A stretch of DNA of 19,281 bases from Candidatus Nanohaloarchaea archaeon (GCA_042218325.1 JBDGRE010000015.1:6110-25390); one strand, 5' to 3'; positions 6,514 through 16,610 are shown, counted from the stretch's first letter. Notes: generated by a model from the letters alone, not told the origin. Numbers and translations: made by a program.

Positions 6514-7971
6514 GTGCAAGAAGAATTCCTCTCCCAGCTGATAGAGCAGAACCTTGTAAAGCACCAGGTAGACTCCTACAACCGGTTCGTCGAGGACCGG
6601 ATACAGGCCATCCTCAACGAGGTCGGCGAGATAAAGCCGGATCTTCCCGAGGGCGAAGAACTTGTGATAAAGATAGTAGATGTGGACGTCAAGCGGCCGC
6701 ACATCAACGAGGCCGACGGCTCCGTACGAAAGATAACACCGAAGGAAGCGCGGATGCGCGACCTTACCTACTCCTCTGAAATCAGGGTCACGATGACCCC
6801 AATCTTCGAGGGAGTCCAGCAGGAGAGTGAGGAAGTGACCATCGGCCAGATACCGGTCATGATCGGCAGTGACCTGTGCTGGACCTCCGACATGGACGAA
6901 GAAGAACTCAGGGAAGCGGGAGAAGATCCCGAGGACCCTGGCGGATACTTCATAATCAACGGCTCGGAGAAGACCCTTATCTGCATGGAGGAGATGGCGA
7001 ACAACAAGCCGGTATACCAGGACGATGATGACGAGCAGGTCTGCCGCATCAACTCCGAGCAGGCAGGCTACGTCCAGAGACACGTCCTGAGACGTGACGA
7101 CGACATCGTCAACATCTCCTTCGCCAACGTCAAGAAGACTCCCGCCGTATCGCTTATCCGGGCTCTCGGCTACGAGACCGACAAGGAAATCGTCGAGGCC
7201 ATCGGCGAGGAGTACGCCAGCGACGTCTACCTGAACATGTACGAGACGGACGCGTCGAACCAGGAGGAGGCCTACGAGTACGTCGCGAACCAGGCAGGCA
7301 TCACCTCCGACGTGGAGGAGCGCGTCGAGAAGATACTTGACGAGTACCTGCTGCCCCACCTCGGGCAGGAACCGGACGTGCGTGACGAGAAGGCCGAGTT
7401 CCTGGCGAACCTGATAAGAAATACTATAGCGCTCGGGAAGGGCGACATCGAGGAGGACGACATGGACCACTATGCCAACAAGAGACTCAACCTTGCCGGC
7501 GAGCTGCTTGAGATGCAGTTCCGGTCCGTGTTCCTCGGCAAGTGGGGTCTACTGGCCCGCATGAAGTACAACTTCAGGAAGAGCGCGAAGCGTGGAAGAC
7601 TTCCATCCCTGCAGTCGACAATCGTCGCCGACACCCTGACAAAGCAGATAATGGGAGCGATGGCGACAGGTAACTGGGTAGGAGGCCGCACAGGTGTATG
7701 CCAGAGACTGGACCGCGGGAACCGCATCAAGACGCTTTCGCACCTCCGCAACGTCGTATCCCCACTATCGAGCGACAGGCAGCACTTCGAGGCCCGCGAC
7801 CTGCATCCTACGCAGTGGGGCCGTATCTGCCCCATCAAGACGCCAGAGGGTATGAACATCGGCCTGAGGACGTACCTGGCGATGTCCGCGAACGTCTCGA
7901 CCGGTATGAACGACATGGAGAAGAACGCTTTCCGGGCAAAACTCGAAGAAGAAGGCCTGGAGGCAAGGTGA
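6514..7971 (+). CDS. rpoB2: RNA polymerase subunit Rpo2N (B'')
   Basis: HQVDSYNRF, PKEARMRDLTYS, DPGGYFIINGSEK, DHYANKRL, LSHLR, ARDLHPTQWGRICP. GTG start. Confidence 0.96.
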   Translation: MQEEFLSQLIEQNLVKHQVDSYNRFVEDRIQAILNEVGEIKPDLPEGEELVIKIVDVDVKRPHINEADGSVRKITPKEARMRDLTYSSEIRVTMTPIFEGVQQESEEVTIGQIPVMIGSDLCWTSDMDEEELREAGEDPEDPGGYFIINGSEKTLICMEEMANNKPVYQDDDDEQVCRINSEQAGYVQRHVLRRDDDIVNISFANVKKTPAVSLIRALGYETDKEIVEAIGEEYASDVYLNMYETDASNQEEAYEYVANQAGITSDVEERVEKILDEYLLPHLGQEPDVRDEKAEFLANLIRNTIALGKGDIEEDDMDHYANKRLNLAGELLEMQFRSVFLGKWGLLARMKYNFRKSAKRGRLPSLQSTIVADTLTKQIMGAMATGNWVGGRTGVCQRLDRGNRIKTLSHLRNVVSPLSSDRQHFEARDLHPTQWGRICPIKTPEGMNIGLRTYLAMSANVSTGMNDMEKNAFRAKLEEEGLEAR

Positions 7972-7980
7972 TTAATCGAT

Positions 7981-9783
7981 ATGACAACTAAGGTATTCCT
8001 GGACGGCGAGATAATCGACGAAGTGGAAGACCCACAGGAAATCCGTGAATCTCTCATAGAGAGGAGGCGCAGCGGAGAACTTGAAAACGAGATATCTATA
8101 TACTACGCGGAGGACAGGGATGAGCTCCGCATCAACACGGATTCCGGGCGTGTTCTACGACCGGTTATAATAGTAGAAGACGGCGAACCGCAGCTAACAG
8201 ACGAGCAGCGGGAAAAGCTAGAGAAGGGCGAGATAACGCTCCGGGACCTGGAAGAGGAAGACATCATCGAGTACGTCGACGCGGAGGAAGAGGAGAACCT
8301 GTACGTCGCGATGAACGGCGAAGAGGTAACCGAGGAGCATACCCACATGGAGATCGACCCGGCCATCACCCACGGCCTCTCCGCCTCGCTTGTGGTCTAC
8401 CCGGAGAACAACCGTGGTGACCGTGTCAACTTCGGCGCTAAGATGAGCGGGCAGGGGATCGGCATGTACTCCCGGGACTTCCACCAGCGCTTTGATACGA
8501 ACTCGAACGTTATGACGTACGGACAGAAACCGATAGTCGAGACACAGACGAACGATACGCTCGTCGGCCAGCATCCTATCGGCCAGAACATGATAATCGC
8601 ACTTGCCTCCTTCGAGGGCTACAACATCGAGGACGCCGTCATCATGAACCAGGGCTCCATCGACCGTGGCCTCGCACGCTCCACCTACATGCGCACCTAC
8701 AAGACGGAGGCGCAGCGTTTCTGGGGCGGCCAGAAGGACGAGATAGAGATACCTGACAAGGACGTAAGAGGATACCGCAGCGAGGAGGCATACGCACATC
8801 TCGACGAGGACGGAATCATCAACCCGGAGACGGAAGTCGAGAGCGACGATGTGCTCGTGGGTAAAACGAGCCCGCCGAAGTTCCTGGGGAGCGGCGGCGA
8901 GGAAGTCAAGATGGGGCTTGCCGAGAGAAGAGAGACCTCGCTATCAGTAAGACACGGAGAACAGGGCAAGGTCGACAAGATAATGGTATCGGAGACCGGT
9001 GACGGAGACAAGCTGCTGAAGCTGAAGCTCCGTAACTACAGGATTCCCGAGCTGGGAGACAAGTTCGCGACCCGGCACGGACAGAAGGGAGTCATCGGAA
9101 TGACCGTCCCGGAGGCCAACATGCCTTTCACAAGACAGGGGATAACACCAGACTTGATACTATCCACACACGCCATCCCGAGCCGTATGACAGTGTCGCA
9201 GATAATAGAAGTCCTCGCCGGCAAGGTCGGCGCCCTGCGCGGAGAGGCCGTGGACGGCACCGCGTTCCACAACGAGGACAAGGACGACCTCAAGGAGCAG
9301 CTCGAGGAACTCGGCTTCGAGTCGACCGGCAAGGAAACCATGTACGACGGGGTAACAGGCAAGGAGCTGGAAGCCGAGATACTGATGGGTCCTGGCTTCT
9401 ACATGAAGCTGGACCACCAGGTCGGCGACAAGATCCACGCACGGGCCCGCGGACCGGTAACGCTGCTGACGAAGCAGCCGACCGAAGGAAGAAGTCAAGA
9501 GGGAGGCCTCCGGCTCGGAGAGATGGAAAAAGACGTCTTCGTGGGCCACGGGGCCTCGCTGCTGCTGAAGGAGCGTTTCGGCGCGGACTCGTCCGAGATA
9601 AAAGTCTGCGAGAACTGCGGAGAAATCGGGGTTCTCGACCGCGAGACCAACGAGCAGTACTGCCCTAACTGTGACTCGGGCGACCTTGAGGATGCAGAAG
9701 TACCGCACGCCTTCCTGCTGCTGCTGAACGAGCTGAAATCCATGATGATGGACACCGAGCTCACGCTCGAGGAGGAAGAATAG
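7981..9783 (+). CDS. rpoB1: RNA polymerase subunit Rpo2C (B')
   Basis: GYNIEDA, GDKFATRHGQKG, HAIPSRMT, QPTEGRSQEGGLRLGEME, C-terminal Zn ribbon. SD AGGTGA overlaps the upstream stop. Confidence 0.97.
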   Translation: MTTKVFLDGEIIDEVEDPQEIRESLIERRRSGELENEISIYYAEDRDELRINTDSGRVLRPVIIVEDGEPQLTDEQREKLEKGEITLRDLEEEDIIEYVDAEEEENLYVAMNGEEVTEEHTHMEIDPAITHGLSASLVVYPENNRGDRVNFGAKMSGQGIGMYSRDFHQRFDTNSNVMTYGQKPIVETQTNDTLVGQHPIGQNMIIALASFEGYNIEDAVIMNQGSIDRGLARSTYMRTYKTEAQRFWGGQKDEIEIPDKDVRGYRSEEAYAHLDEDGIINPETEVESDDVLVGKTSPPKFLGSGGEEVKMGLAERRETSLSVRHGEQGKVDKIMVSETGDGDKLLKLKLRNYRIPELGDKFATRHGQKGVIGMTVPEANMPFTRQGITPDLILSTHAIPSRMTVSQIIEVLAGKVGALRGEAVDGTAFHNEDKDDLKEQLEELGFESTGKETMYDGVTGKELEAEILMGPGFYMKLDHQVGDKIHARARGPVTLLTKQPTEGRSQEGGLRLGEMEKDVFVGHGASLLLKERFGADSSEIKVCENCGEIGVLDRETNEQYCPNCDSGDLEDAEVPHAFLLLLNELKSMMMDTELTLEEEE

Positions 9784-9788
9784 ATACT

Positions 9789-12263
9789 ATGACAAGAAAA
9801 ATCGAGAAGCTGGACTTCGGAATACTGAGCGCGGAAAAACTGCAGAACATCGCCGTCAAGGAGATAAACAAGGCAGAGGTTTACGACGCCGACGGTTTCC
9901 CGGTAGAGGACGGTGTCATGGACCCGGCGCTCGGGGTTATCGACCCGGGCATGACCTGCCAGACATGCGGCGGCCGCATCCGGGAATGCAAGGGCCACTT
10001 CGGCCTCATCGAGCTATCCCGCCCGGTAGTACACGTGCTTTACACCAAGAAGGTGCGCAACCTTCTCAGGTTCACATGCACCGAATGCCAGTCGCTGCTC
10101 ATCAAGGACGAGGACAAGTCTCTCAGGAAGTCCAACCTCAAGACAGAATGCGAGGAATGCGGCGAGGAGCAGGAAGAAATCGACCTCGACAAGCCTTACA
10201 GCTTCTACGAGGGCGGCGACGAGCTAAAGCCCGACGAGATACGTGAACGTCTCGCAAGGATACCTGAAGAGAACGCTGCTGTCCTCGGAGTAGAGGGGAG
10301 CGACCCGAAGAACCTGGTGCTGACACACGTACCGGTTCCGCCGGTAACTTTGAGGCCCTCGATAACGCTCGAGACCGGTGAGCGCTCGGAGGACGACATA
10401 ACACACAAACTGGTCGACGTCATAAGGATAAACAAGCGGCTGCAGAACAACATCGAAATCGAGGCTCCCGACTTCATCATCGACGACCTCTGGGAGCTGC
10501 TGCAGTACCACGTCTCGACACTGTTCTACAACGACATGTCCGGCGTACCTCCCGCACGTCACAGAAGCGGGCGGTCGCTCAAGTCGCTCATAGAGCGCGT
10601 CCAGGGCAAAGAAGGCCGGTTCAGGCAGAACCTTATCGGCAAGCGTGTCAACTTCTCCGCGAGAACCGTAATCTCGCCCGACCCGAACATCGGTATCAAC
10701 GAGGTCGGCATCCCGCAGATGGTGGCGAAGAAGCTATCCATCGCGCGGAAAGTAAACGAGCGGAACTACGAAAAGATGGTAGAGGCCGTCGACAACGGCC
10801 CTGAAGAGTACCCCGGCGCGAACTATGTCTTCCACCCTGACGGTAGAAGAAGAAAGATTACGGAGGAGAACGTCGAGGAACTCAAAGAACTGATAGAGCC
10901 AGAGGAAGGATGGAAGGTCGAGAGACATCTCAGGGACGAGGACGTCGTGCTGTTCAACAGGCAGCCCTCCCTCCACCGCATGTCGATAATGGCCCACCGT
11001 GTCCGCGTGCTACCGCACCGCACCTTCCGTATCAACCCGAACGTCTGCGCACCTTACAACGCCGACTTCGACGGTGACGAGATGAACGTGCACGTGCCGC
11101 AGACAGAGGAGGCGCGAGCCGAGGCCGAGGAACTGCTCAAGGTCCAAGAGCACGCTAAGTCGCCGAAGACGGGCGCACCAATCCTCGGCATGCTACAGGA
11201 CTACGTGTCGGGGCTTTACCTGCTGACACGTGGCGAAACAGAGCTCACGCGGGAGGAGGCTTTCAACCTGCTCGCGGAGGCCGGCGAACACGAAAAGAGC
11301 CTGCCGGATAAGGAAACCATAACAGGAGAGGACCTCGTATCGCTATTCATCCCTGAAGACATATCCCTGACCATCAACGAGGGAGAGGACGACGAGGTCG
11401 TTATAGAGGAAGGACAATTGGTGGAGGGTGTTCTCGACGAGGACGCGCTCGGAGACTACGGCGGAGAGATAATCCAGCAGCTCGATATCGAGTACGGAAG
11501 CGACAAGGTCGCAGAATTCCTGAACCGGGTCTCACGCATCGGCTCGGTCTACCTGACCCGGCGTGGCTTCTCAATCAGCCTGGACGACCTTGAGATCCCC
11601 GACGAGGCGACCGAGAAGATACATGACCTTATAGAGGACACCATCGGGGACGCGAACGAGGTCATAGAGGAGTACCGCGCAGGAGAGATGGAGGCCATCA
11701 CCGGCAAGACCCTTGAGGAGACGCGCGAGATCAATATAACAAAAACACTCAACGAGATATTCACAGAGATCGGTGACATCATCGAAGACAAGGTCGACGA
11801 GGACTCCTCGGCGCTGGTCATGGCGGACTCCGGAGCGCGTGGTTCGATGCAGAACGTTACCACGATGGCCGGCCTTCTCGGCCAGAACAGCGTCCGGGAC
11901 CAGAGGATCAACCGCGGCTACAAGGGCCGCACCACCTCCCACTTCAAGAAGGGAGAGCTCACCCCGAAGGCGCGCGGCTTCGTATCTTCCAGCATCCTGG
12001 AGGGAATGGACGCGCAGGAGATATTCTTCCACCAGATGTCACAGAGAAAGGCACTCATGGACAAATCGCTGAGGACCAAGACATCGGGATACATGTACCG
12101 CCGCGTCTCGAACTCGCTGCAGGACCTCCGCGTCGACTACGACCAGACTGTCAGGAACACGCAAGACGAGATAATCCAGTTCCGCGCAGGAGAAGACGGA
12201 GTCGACCCACAGAAATCCGACCGAGGAAAGCTCTCGACAAGCATCAGCACAGGTGAAGAATAG
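9789..12263 (+). CDS. rpoA1: RNA polymerase subunit Rpo1N (A')
   Basis: Catalytic NADFDGD, CKGHFG, GKEGRFRQNLIGKRV, FNRQPSLH. Confidence 0.98.
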   Translation: MTRKIEKLDFGILSAEKLQNIAVKEINKAEVYDADGFPVEDGVMDPALGVIDPGMTCQTCGGRIRECKGHFGLIELSRPVVHVLYTKKVRNLLRFTCTECQSLLIKDEDKSLRKSNLKTECEECGEEQEEIDLDKPYSFYEGGDELKPDEIRERLARIPEENAAVLGVEGSDPKNLVLTHVPVPPVTLRPSITLETGERSEDDITHKLVDVIRINKRLQNNIEIEAPDFIIDDLWELLQYHVSTLFYNDMSGVPPARHRSGRSLKSLIERVQGKEGRFRQNLIGKRVNFSARTVISPDPNIGINEVGIPQMVAKKLSIARKVNERNYEKMVEAVDNGPEEYPGANYVFHPDGRRRKITEENVEELKELIEPEEGWKVERHLRDEDVVLFNRQPSLHRMSIMAHRVRVLPHRTFRINPNVCAPYNADFDGDEMNVHVPQTEEARAEAEELLKVQEHAKSPKTGAPILGMLQDYVSGLYLLTRGETELTREEAFNLLAEAGEHEKSLPDKETITGEDLVSLFIPEDISLTINEGEDDEVVIEEGQLVEGVLDEDALGDYGGEIIQQLDIEYGSDKVAEFLNRVSRIGSVYLTRRGFSISLDDLEIPDEATEKIHDLIEDTIGDANEVIEEYRAGEMEAITGKTLEETREINITKTLNEIFTEIGDIIEDKVDEDSSALVMADSGARGSMQNVTTMAGLLGQNSVRDQRINRGYKGRTTSHFKKGELTPKARGFVSSSILEGMDAQEIFFHQMSQRKALMDKSLRTKTSGYMYRRVSNSLQDLRVDYDQTVRNTQDEIIQFRAGEDGVDPQKSDRGKLSTSISTGEE

Positions 12264-12264
12264 G

Positions 12265-13374
12265 ATGGCAGGAGAACTTGACTGGAAAGAAAGAGCACAG
12301 GAACTCCCCGAGAAGTACAGGGAGATGGGAGTGGATGAGGAAACAGAGGAAAAACTCCGGGAACGCTACGAGAGCATGCAGTACGAGCCCGGTGAAGCGA
12401 TAGGTCTCGTCGCAGCGCAGTCACTCTCCGAGCCAGCTACACAGCTGACGATGGAGACATACCACGCCGCAGGAGCAGCACAGGTATCCCTTACAGCGGG
12501 ACTTCCACGGCTCATCGAGATCGTGGACGCCCGCCGCAATCCTGACACACCTTCGATGGATGTCTACCTGAAGGACGAATACGACAACGAGGAGGACGCG
12601 AAAAAGGTCGCGAGGAAGCTGCGGGAGGTAACTTTCGGCGACCTCGTAAGGAAAGATACTACGGATATCATGCAGCTCGAGGTGACCTACGAGCTGAACC
12701 AGGACCTTCTCGACGACTACGACGTCGACATGACTGACGTAAGCTCCAGAATCAAGGAAAAAGCGAAGAAGGCCAAGATAGAAACAGGAGAAGGAGAGAT
12801 AGTCCTGACATCCTCGGAGGAAGACTACGACCTCCGGGACCTGCAGGACCTGAAGGACAAGGCGGAGGACGCCCGCATCAAAGGAATCAAAGGCATAGAA
12901 CAGGTAGTGATAACAGAGGAAGAAGACACCTGGAGACTCCAGACCGCAGGGACCTCCCTGAGAAAGACCCTGAAGATTGAGGAGGTCGACGAGAACAGGA
13001 CGATCTCCAACGACCTGTTCGAGGTCAAGAAAGTTCTCGGCGTCGAGGCTCTCCGCTACCGTATCGTCGAGGAGATCAACGAGACACTCGCTGCCCAGGG
13101 TATCGGCGTCGACGACCGGCACATCATGCTCCTGGCGGACATGATGACCAAGGAAGGCGAGCTGAACGGCACCACTCGTTACGGGATCGTCGGCAACAAG
13201 GACTCCATCCTCGCCCGTTCCGCGTTCGAGGAGACCAAGAAACATCTCCGCGAGGGAACGCTCGGGGGAGAGACCGACAAGCTCGAAGGTGTTGTAGAGA
13301 ACATCATCGTAGGGCAGTCGGTGCCTATAGGAACAGGCATGGTAGACCTGAAAGCAGGATTCAGCGAAGAGTGA
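12265..13374 (+). CDS. rpoA2: RNA polymerase subunit Rpo1C (A'')
   Basis: PGEAIGLVAAQSLSEPATQ, GLPRLIEI, RHIMLLADMMT, SAFE, ENIIVGQ..PIGTG. Start moved to ATG 12265, after SD AGGTGA at 12251-12256. Confidence 0.97.
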   Translation: MAGELDWKERAQELPEKYREMGVDEETEEKLRERYESMQYEPGEAIGLVAAQSLSEPATQLTMETYHAAGAAQVSLTAGLPRLIEIVDARRNPDTPSMDVYLKDEYDNEEDAKKVARKLREVTFGDLVRKDTTDIMQLEVTYELNQDLLDDYDVDMTDVSSRIKEKAKKAKIETGEGEIVLTSSEEDYDLRDLQDLKDKAEDARIKGIKGIEQVVITEEEDTWRLQTAGTSLRKTLKIEEVDENRTISNDLFEVKKVLGVEALRYRIVEEINETLAAQGIGVDDRHIMLLADMMTKEGELNGTTRYGIVGNKDSILARSAFEETKKHLREGTLGGETDKLEGVVENIIVGQSVPIGTGMVDLKAGFSEE

Positions 13375-13394
13375 TACAGTGTACAGACAAACCC

Positions 13395-13402
13395 TTTATA
13401 AA
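13395..13402 (+). promoter_or_regulatory. TATA box upstream of nusA
   Basis: TTTATAAA ~30 nt before ATG 13432. Confidence 0.6.
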
Positions 13403-13431
13403 AACAGCGATAACAGGTTTTGATACGTTCG

Positions 13432-13854
13432 ATGGCTAACGTTACATACGACACAGACATGCTCCGGGCTATCAAAATGTTCGAGAGCATCACCGGGGTC
13501 GATGCCAGGGAATGCATAATCAAGGAGGACGAGGCCTACTTTGTAGTGCCCGAGGGCAAGGCCGGCATGGCCATAGGCAAGGGCGGTAAGGTCATCCAGA
13601 AGGTGCAGAGGAAGCTGGACAAGGACGTCAAGGTATACGAGTACAGCGACAACATCGGCAAGTTCCTTAACAACCTTCTTCCGGCAGATATCCGCGGGGT
13701 CGACATAGAGGAGAAGGATGGCAGGAAGACTGTCGAGATAAACGTGTCCCGGGAGAACAAGGGCCGCGTAGTCGGAAAGAACGGCAGCAAGATAGAATCC
13801 ATCCGGGAGATACTCGCAAGGACTCACAACGTCGACGAAGTAACTGTAGCATAG
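13432..13854 (+). CDS. nusA: Archaeal NusA (two KH domains)
   Basis: FESITGV..RECI, AIGKGG and VVGKNG KH motifs; conserved position after rpoA''. Confidence 0.95.
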   Translation: MANVTYDTDMLRAIKMFESITGVDARECIIKEDEAYFVVPEGKAGMAIGKGGKVIQKVQRKLDKDVKVYEYSDNIGKFLNNLLPADIRGVDIEEKDGRKTVEINVSRENKGRVVGKNGSKIESIREILARTHNVDEVTVA

Positions 13855-13896
13855 ACCGGCAGTTCGTTCTTCTTTGCGGGTAACCTCAAGTTGTAC

Positions 13897-15462
13897 ATGA
13901 GGAACCCGAAAAGGGATATACAGGACATCGAAAGGTTCGAGGAGATCCTCTCGGTGCTTGTAAGAGAGGAAGCGGGATATATCCTTGACAGGCTCGACCT
14001 TGAAGACCGCCTGCCGGTCGCCAAACGTTTGACGGCGAAGAGGCAGGCCCAGCCGGGACCTGAACGCCTGAGGCAGACCATCGAAGAGCTCGGCACTACG
14101 TTCATCAAGTTCGGACAGATAATGGCGTAGCGGCCTGATATCATCCCGGAAAGATACGCTCAGGAGCTGCAGAAGCTGCAGGACTCCGCACCTCCTTTCC
14201 CTGCGGAAAAAGCGAAGGAGATAGTTGAGGCAGAAGTAGGTCTTGAGGAGTTCGATAGCTTCGAGGAAGAGCCGATCGCAGCCGCTTCCATCGCACAGGT
14301 CCACCGCGCAGAACTCGATGGCGAGGAGGTGGTGGTCAAGATACGGCGACCAGGTATGAAGAAACAGGTAGAGAAGGACCTAGACATACTGGTATTCCTT
14401 GCCAGGAGAGCGGAGAAACACTCCGACAACCTGGAAAAGATGGGCCTGGTGGAGCTTGTGGAGGAGTTCTCCCGGTGGACGCGGAACGAGCTGGACCTGG
14501 GACGGGAGCTGAAGAACGCGCAGATATTCCGCGAGAACCTGAAAGAAGAGGACAAGCTGTATGTTCCCGAGGTCTACCCTGAATATTCCACCTCGGAAGT
14601 CCTCGTGATGGAGTACGTCGACGGAGTGAAGTGCACAGACAGGCAGGAGATAGAGGAACTCGATATCGACGCAGAGGAACTCGCGAACACCGCAGTAAGG
14701 GCAGGTATGAAGCAGGTAGTAAAGGACGGTTTCTTCCACGCGGATCCACACCCCTCCAACTTCCTGTTGCGCGAGGACGGTACCATGGTTTACCTTAATT
14801 TCGGCATAATGGGGGAGGTACCGAAACACCTCAGGGACAGCATCGACCTGCTTCTCATACATGCGATGAAGGAAGACTCGCGGAAGGTGCTCGACGTACT
14901 AAAGGAGATGGGAACCCTGAGCGAAGACACTGACCTCGAGACCATCAAGCACGAGATAGAACGGAAGATACTGGAGATGAGGAACAGCAGCATAGGGGAT
15001 ACAAGCATCTCCCGGAAACTGCTGGAGCTGATGTGGACCTGCGGCAGGAACGGCCTGTACCTCCCTACCTCGATAGCGCTGATGGGCAAGAACCTCGTCA
15101 CGATGGAAGGCATAGGGATGACCGTCTGCCCGGGCTTCGAGCCATCCGACGAGTACAAGGTCTACGGAAAGAAGCTGTTGATGGAGAAGAACAATCCGGA
15201 GGAGATGGCGGAAGACGTGATGCTGGACGTAGCCGAGAACCGCGACATCGTCACGCGGCCCGCCACCTTCCTGAGAGAAAAGATGAGAGGTGGCACGAGG
15301 GACCAAAAAGTGGTAAAGAAGGTGAAGAAGCGCGACCCGTTACCCACGGCACTGGTTGCCTCCTCGACGCTGCTGATGGCGGGCGGACTGCTTGACCCGC
15401 TGCTTTTCTACGCAGGGATAGGCGAACTCGGACTTGGCATATACCTTCACAGGAAAGACTGA
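13897..15462 (+). pseudogene. AarF/ABC1/UbiB-family atypical kinase interrupted by an in-frame TAG (14128-14130)
   Basis: One continuous frame: FIKFGQIMA*RPD, LQKLQD, AAASIAQVH, VKIRRPG, FFHADPHPSN. The DFG motif is altered to NFG (AAT at 14797-14799). C-terminal hydrophobic tail. Confidence 0.85.
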
Positions 15463-15476
15463 CCACCTGCTTGGCA

Positions 15477-15484
15477 TATAAAAA
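15477..15484 (+). promoter_or_regulatory. TATA box for a leaderless rps12-rps7 transcript
   Basis: TATAAAAA begins 30 nt upstream of ATG 15507. Confidence 0.65.
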
Positions 15485-15506
15485 GCTTAACTTCCCCCAG
15501 TTGGGT

Positions 15507-15929
15507 ATGGGATTGTACAACGCACGCAAGCTCCGAAAGAAGAGGCAGGAACAGCGCTGGAGCGATATAGACTACAAGCGCAGGATGAAGAAACTCAAGG
15601 AGAAGGCCGACCCGCTCGAGGGTTCGCCCCAGGGACGCGGCATCGTACTCGAGAAACGTGTCATCGAGGCGAAGCAGCCTAACTCCGCTCTCCGTAAATG
15701 TGTACGCGTACAGCTCATCAAAAACGGTAAACAGCTCACAGCATTCGTCCCCGGCGACGGCGCGATCGACTACATCGACGAGCACGACGAAGTGCTTATC
15801 GAGGGAATCGGCGGCGCAAAGGCCGGACCGAAAGGAGACATCCCGACAGTTAGGTACAAGGTCGTCAAGGTAAACGGCGTATCGCTTGAGGAACTTGTCG
15901 CTGGACGGGCAGAGAAGCCGACGAGGTAA
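15507..15929 (+). CDS. rps12: 30S ribosomal protein uS12
   Basis: [38 protein letters not shown]. Start refined to ATG 15507. Confidence 0.98.
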   Translation: MGLYNARKLRKKRQEQRWSDIDYKRRMKKLKEKADPLEGSPQGRGIVLEKRVIEAKQPNSALRKCVRVQLIKNGKQLTAFVPGDGAIDYIDEHDEVLIEGIGGAKAGPKGDIPTVRYKVVKVNGVSLEELVAGRAEKPTR

Positions 15930-15933
15930 CACT

Positions 15934-16563
15934 ATGAGCGATAACCCGGCGGCTATAGAGATAGAAGACGAACTCCTCACGATGGGGCGATGGGACGCCT
16001 CGGAAGTCGAAATCGAGGACGACGGACTTGTACGTGTCATCAACCTCGAGAACATCCTCGCACCGCGCTCACGCGGAAAGCACGCCGAGAAACAGTTCTA
16101 CAAGGCGGAGGTCCCGGTAGTCGAGAGGTTCCTGAACAGGATGTATGTAGCAGGTCACCGCGGCAACAAGCATCTCGTCGACTCGGGCCAGAACACCGGC
16201 AAGAGCGACAAGCTGTGGAACATGCTGGAAGACATATTCGAAACTATAGAAGAGGAGACCGGCGAGAACCCTATCCAGGTCCTAATCGATGCGATAGAGA
16301 ACTCCGCGCCCACCGAGGAAGTCGTCACCTACCAGCGCGGAGGAGTCCGGGCCCGGAAGGCAGTGCTGGTCTCACCGCAGAGACGTGTAGACCTCGCCCT
16401 CAGACTTCTTGTACAGGGAGCCTACAACGAGAGGCTCGCAAGCAGCGAGGACGCGGTCGAGACACTCGCGAACGAACTCATGGCCGCGGCCAACGGCAGC
16501 TCCGATGTTAGAGCTGTCCGTGAAAAGGAGCGGCGCGAGCGCGAAGCAGAGGGCGCACGTTAA
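15934..16563 (+). CDS. rps7: 30S ribosomal protein uS7
   Basis: NPIQVLIDAIENSAP.EE, VSPQRRVDLALR, ERER.A. ATG 15934 follows SD GAGGT. Confidence 0.97.
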   Translation: MSDNPAAIEIEDELLTMGRWDASEVEIEDDGLVRVINLENILAPRSRGKHAEKQFYKAEVPVVERFLNRMYVAGHRGNKHLVDSGQNTGKSDKLWNMLEDIFETIEEETGENPIQVLIDAIENSAPTEEVVTYQRGGVRARKAVLVSPQRRVDLALRLLVQGAYNERLASSEDAVETLANELMAAANGSSDVRAVREKERREREAEGAR

Positions 16564-16568
16564 CACCC

Positions 16569-16600
16569 GCCTGTATTCCATTCTTTCTCCATTCACAGGC
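16569..16600 (+). terminator. Possible terminator after rps7
   Basis: GCCTGT/ACAGGC stem around a pyrimidine-rich tract (ATTCCATTCTTTCTCCATTC). Confidence 0.35.
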
Positions 16601-16610
16601 CGCGATGCCC

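Noticed and set aside
6514-13374. Split rpoB and rpoA genes as a novelty; inteins in the RNAP subunits
   Set aside because: The A'/A'' split is common in archaea and B''/B' is common in euryarchaeal-type operons. Lengths are compact and leave no room for inteins.
14128-14130. Genome-wide amber reassignment or pyrrolysine
   Set aside because: TAG is the normal stop of tip49, radC, rpoB', rpoA', nusA and EF-2 in this window, and no pyl genes are seen here.
15433-15480. 11-bp direct repeat CTTGGCATATA (15433-15443 and 15470-15480) as a target-site duplication
   Set aside because: Both copies lie at the 3' end of the kinase gene rather than flanking it, and there are no transposase or terminal inverted repeats.
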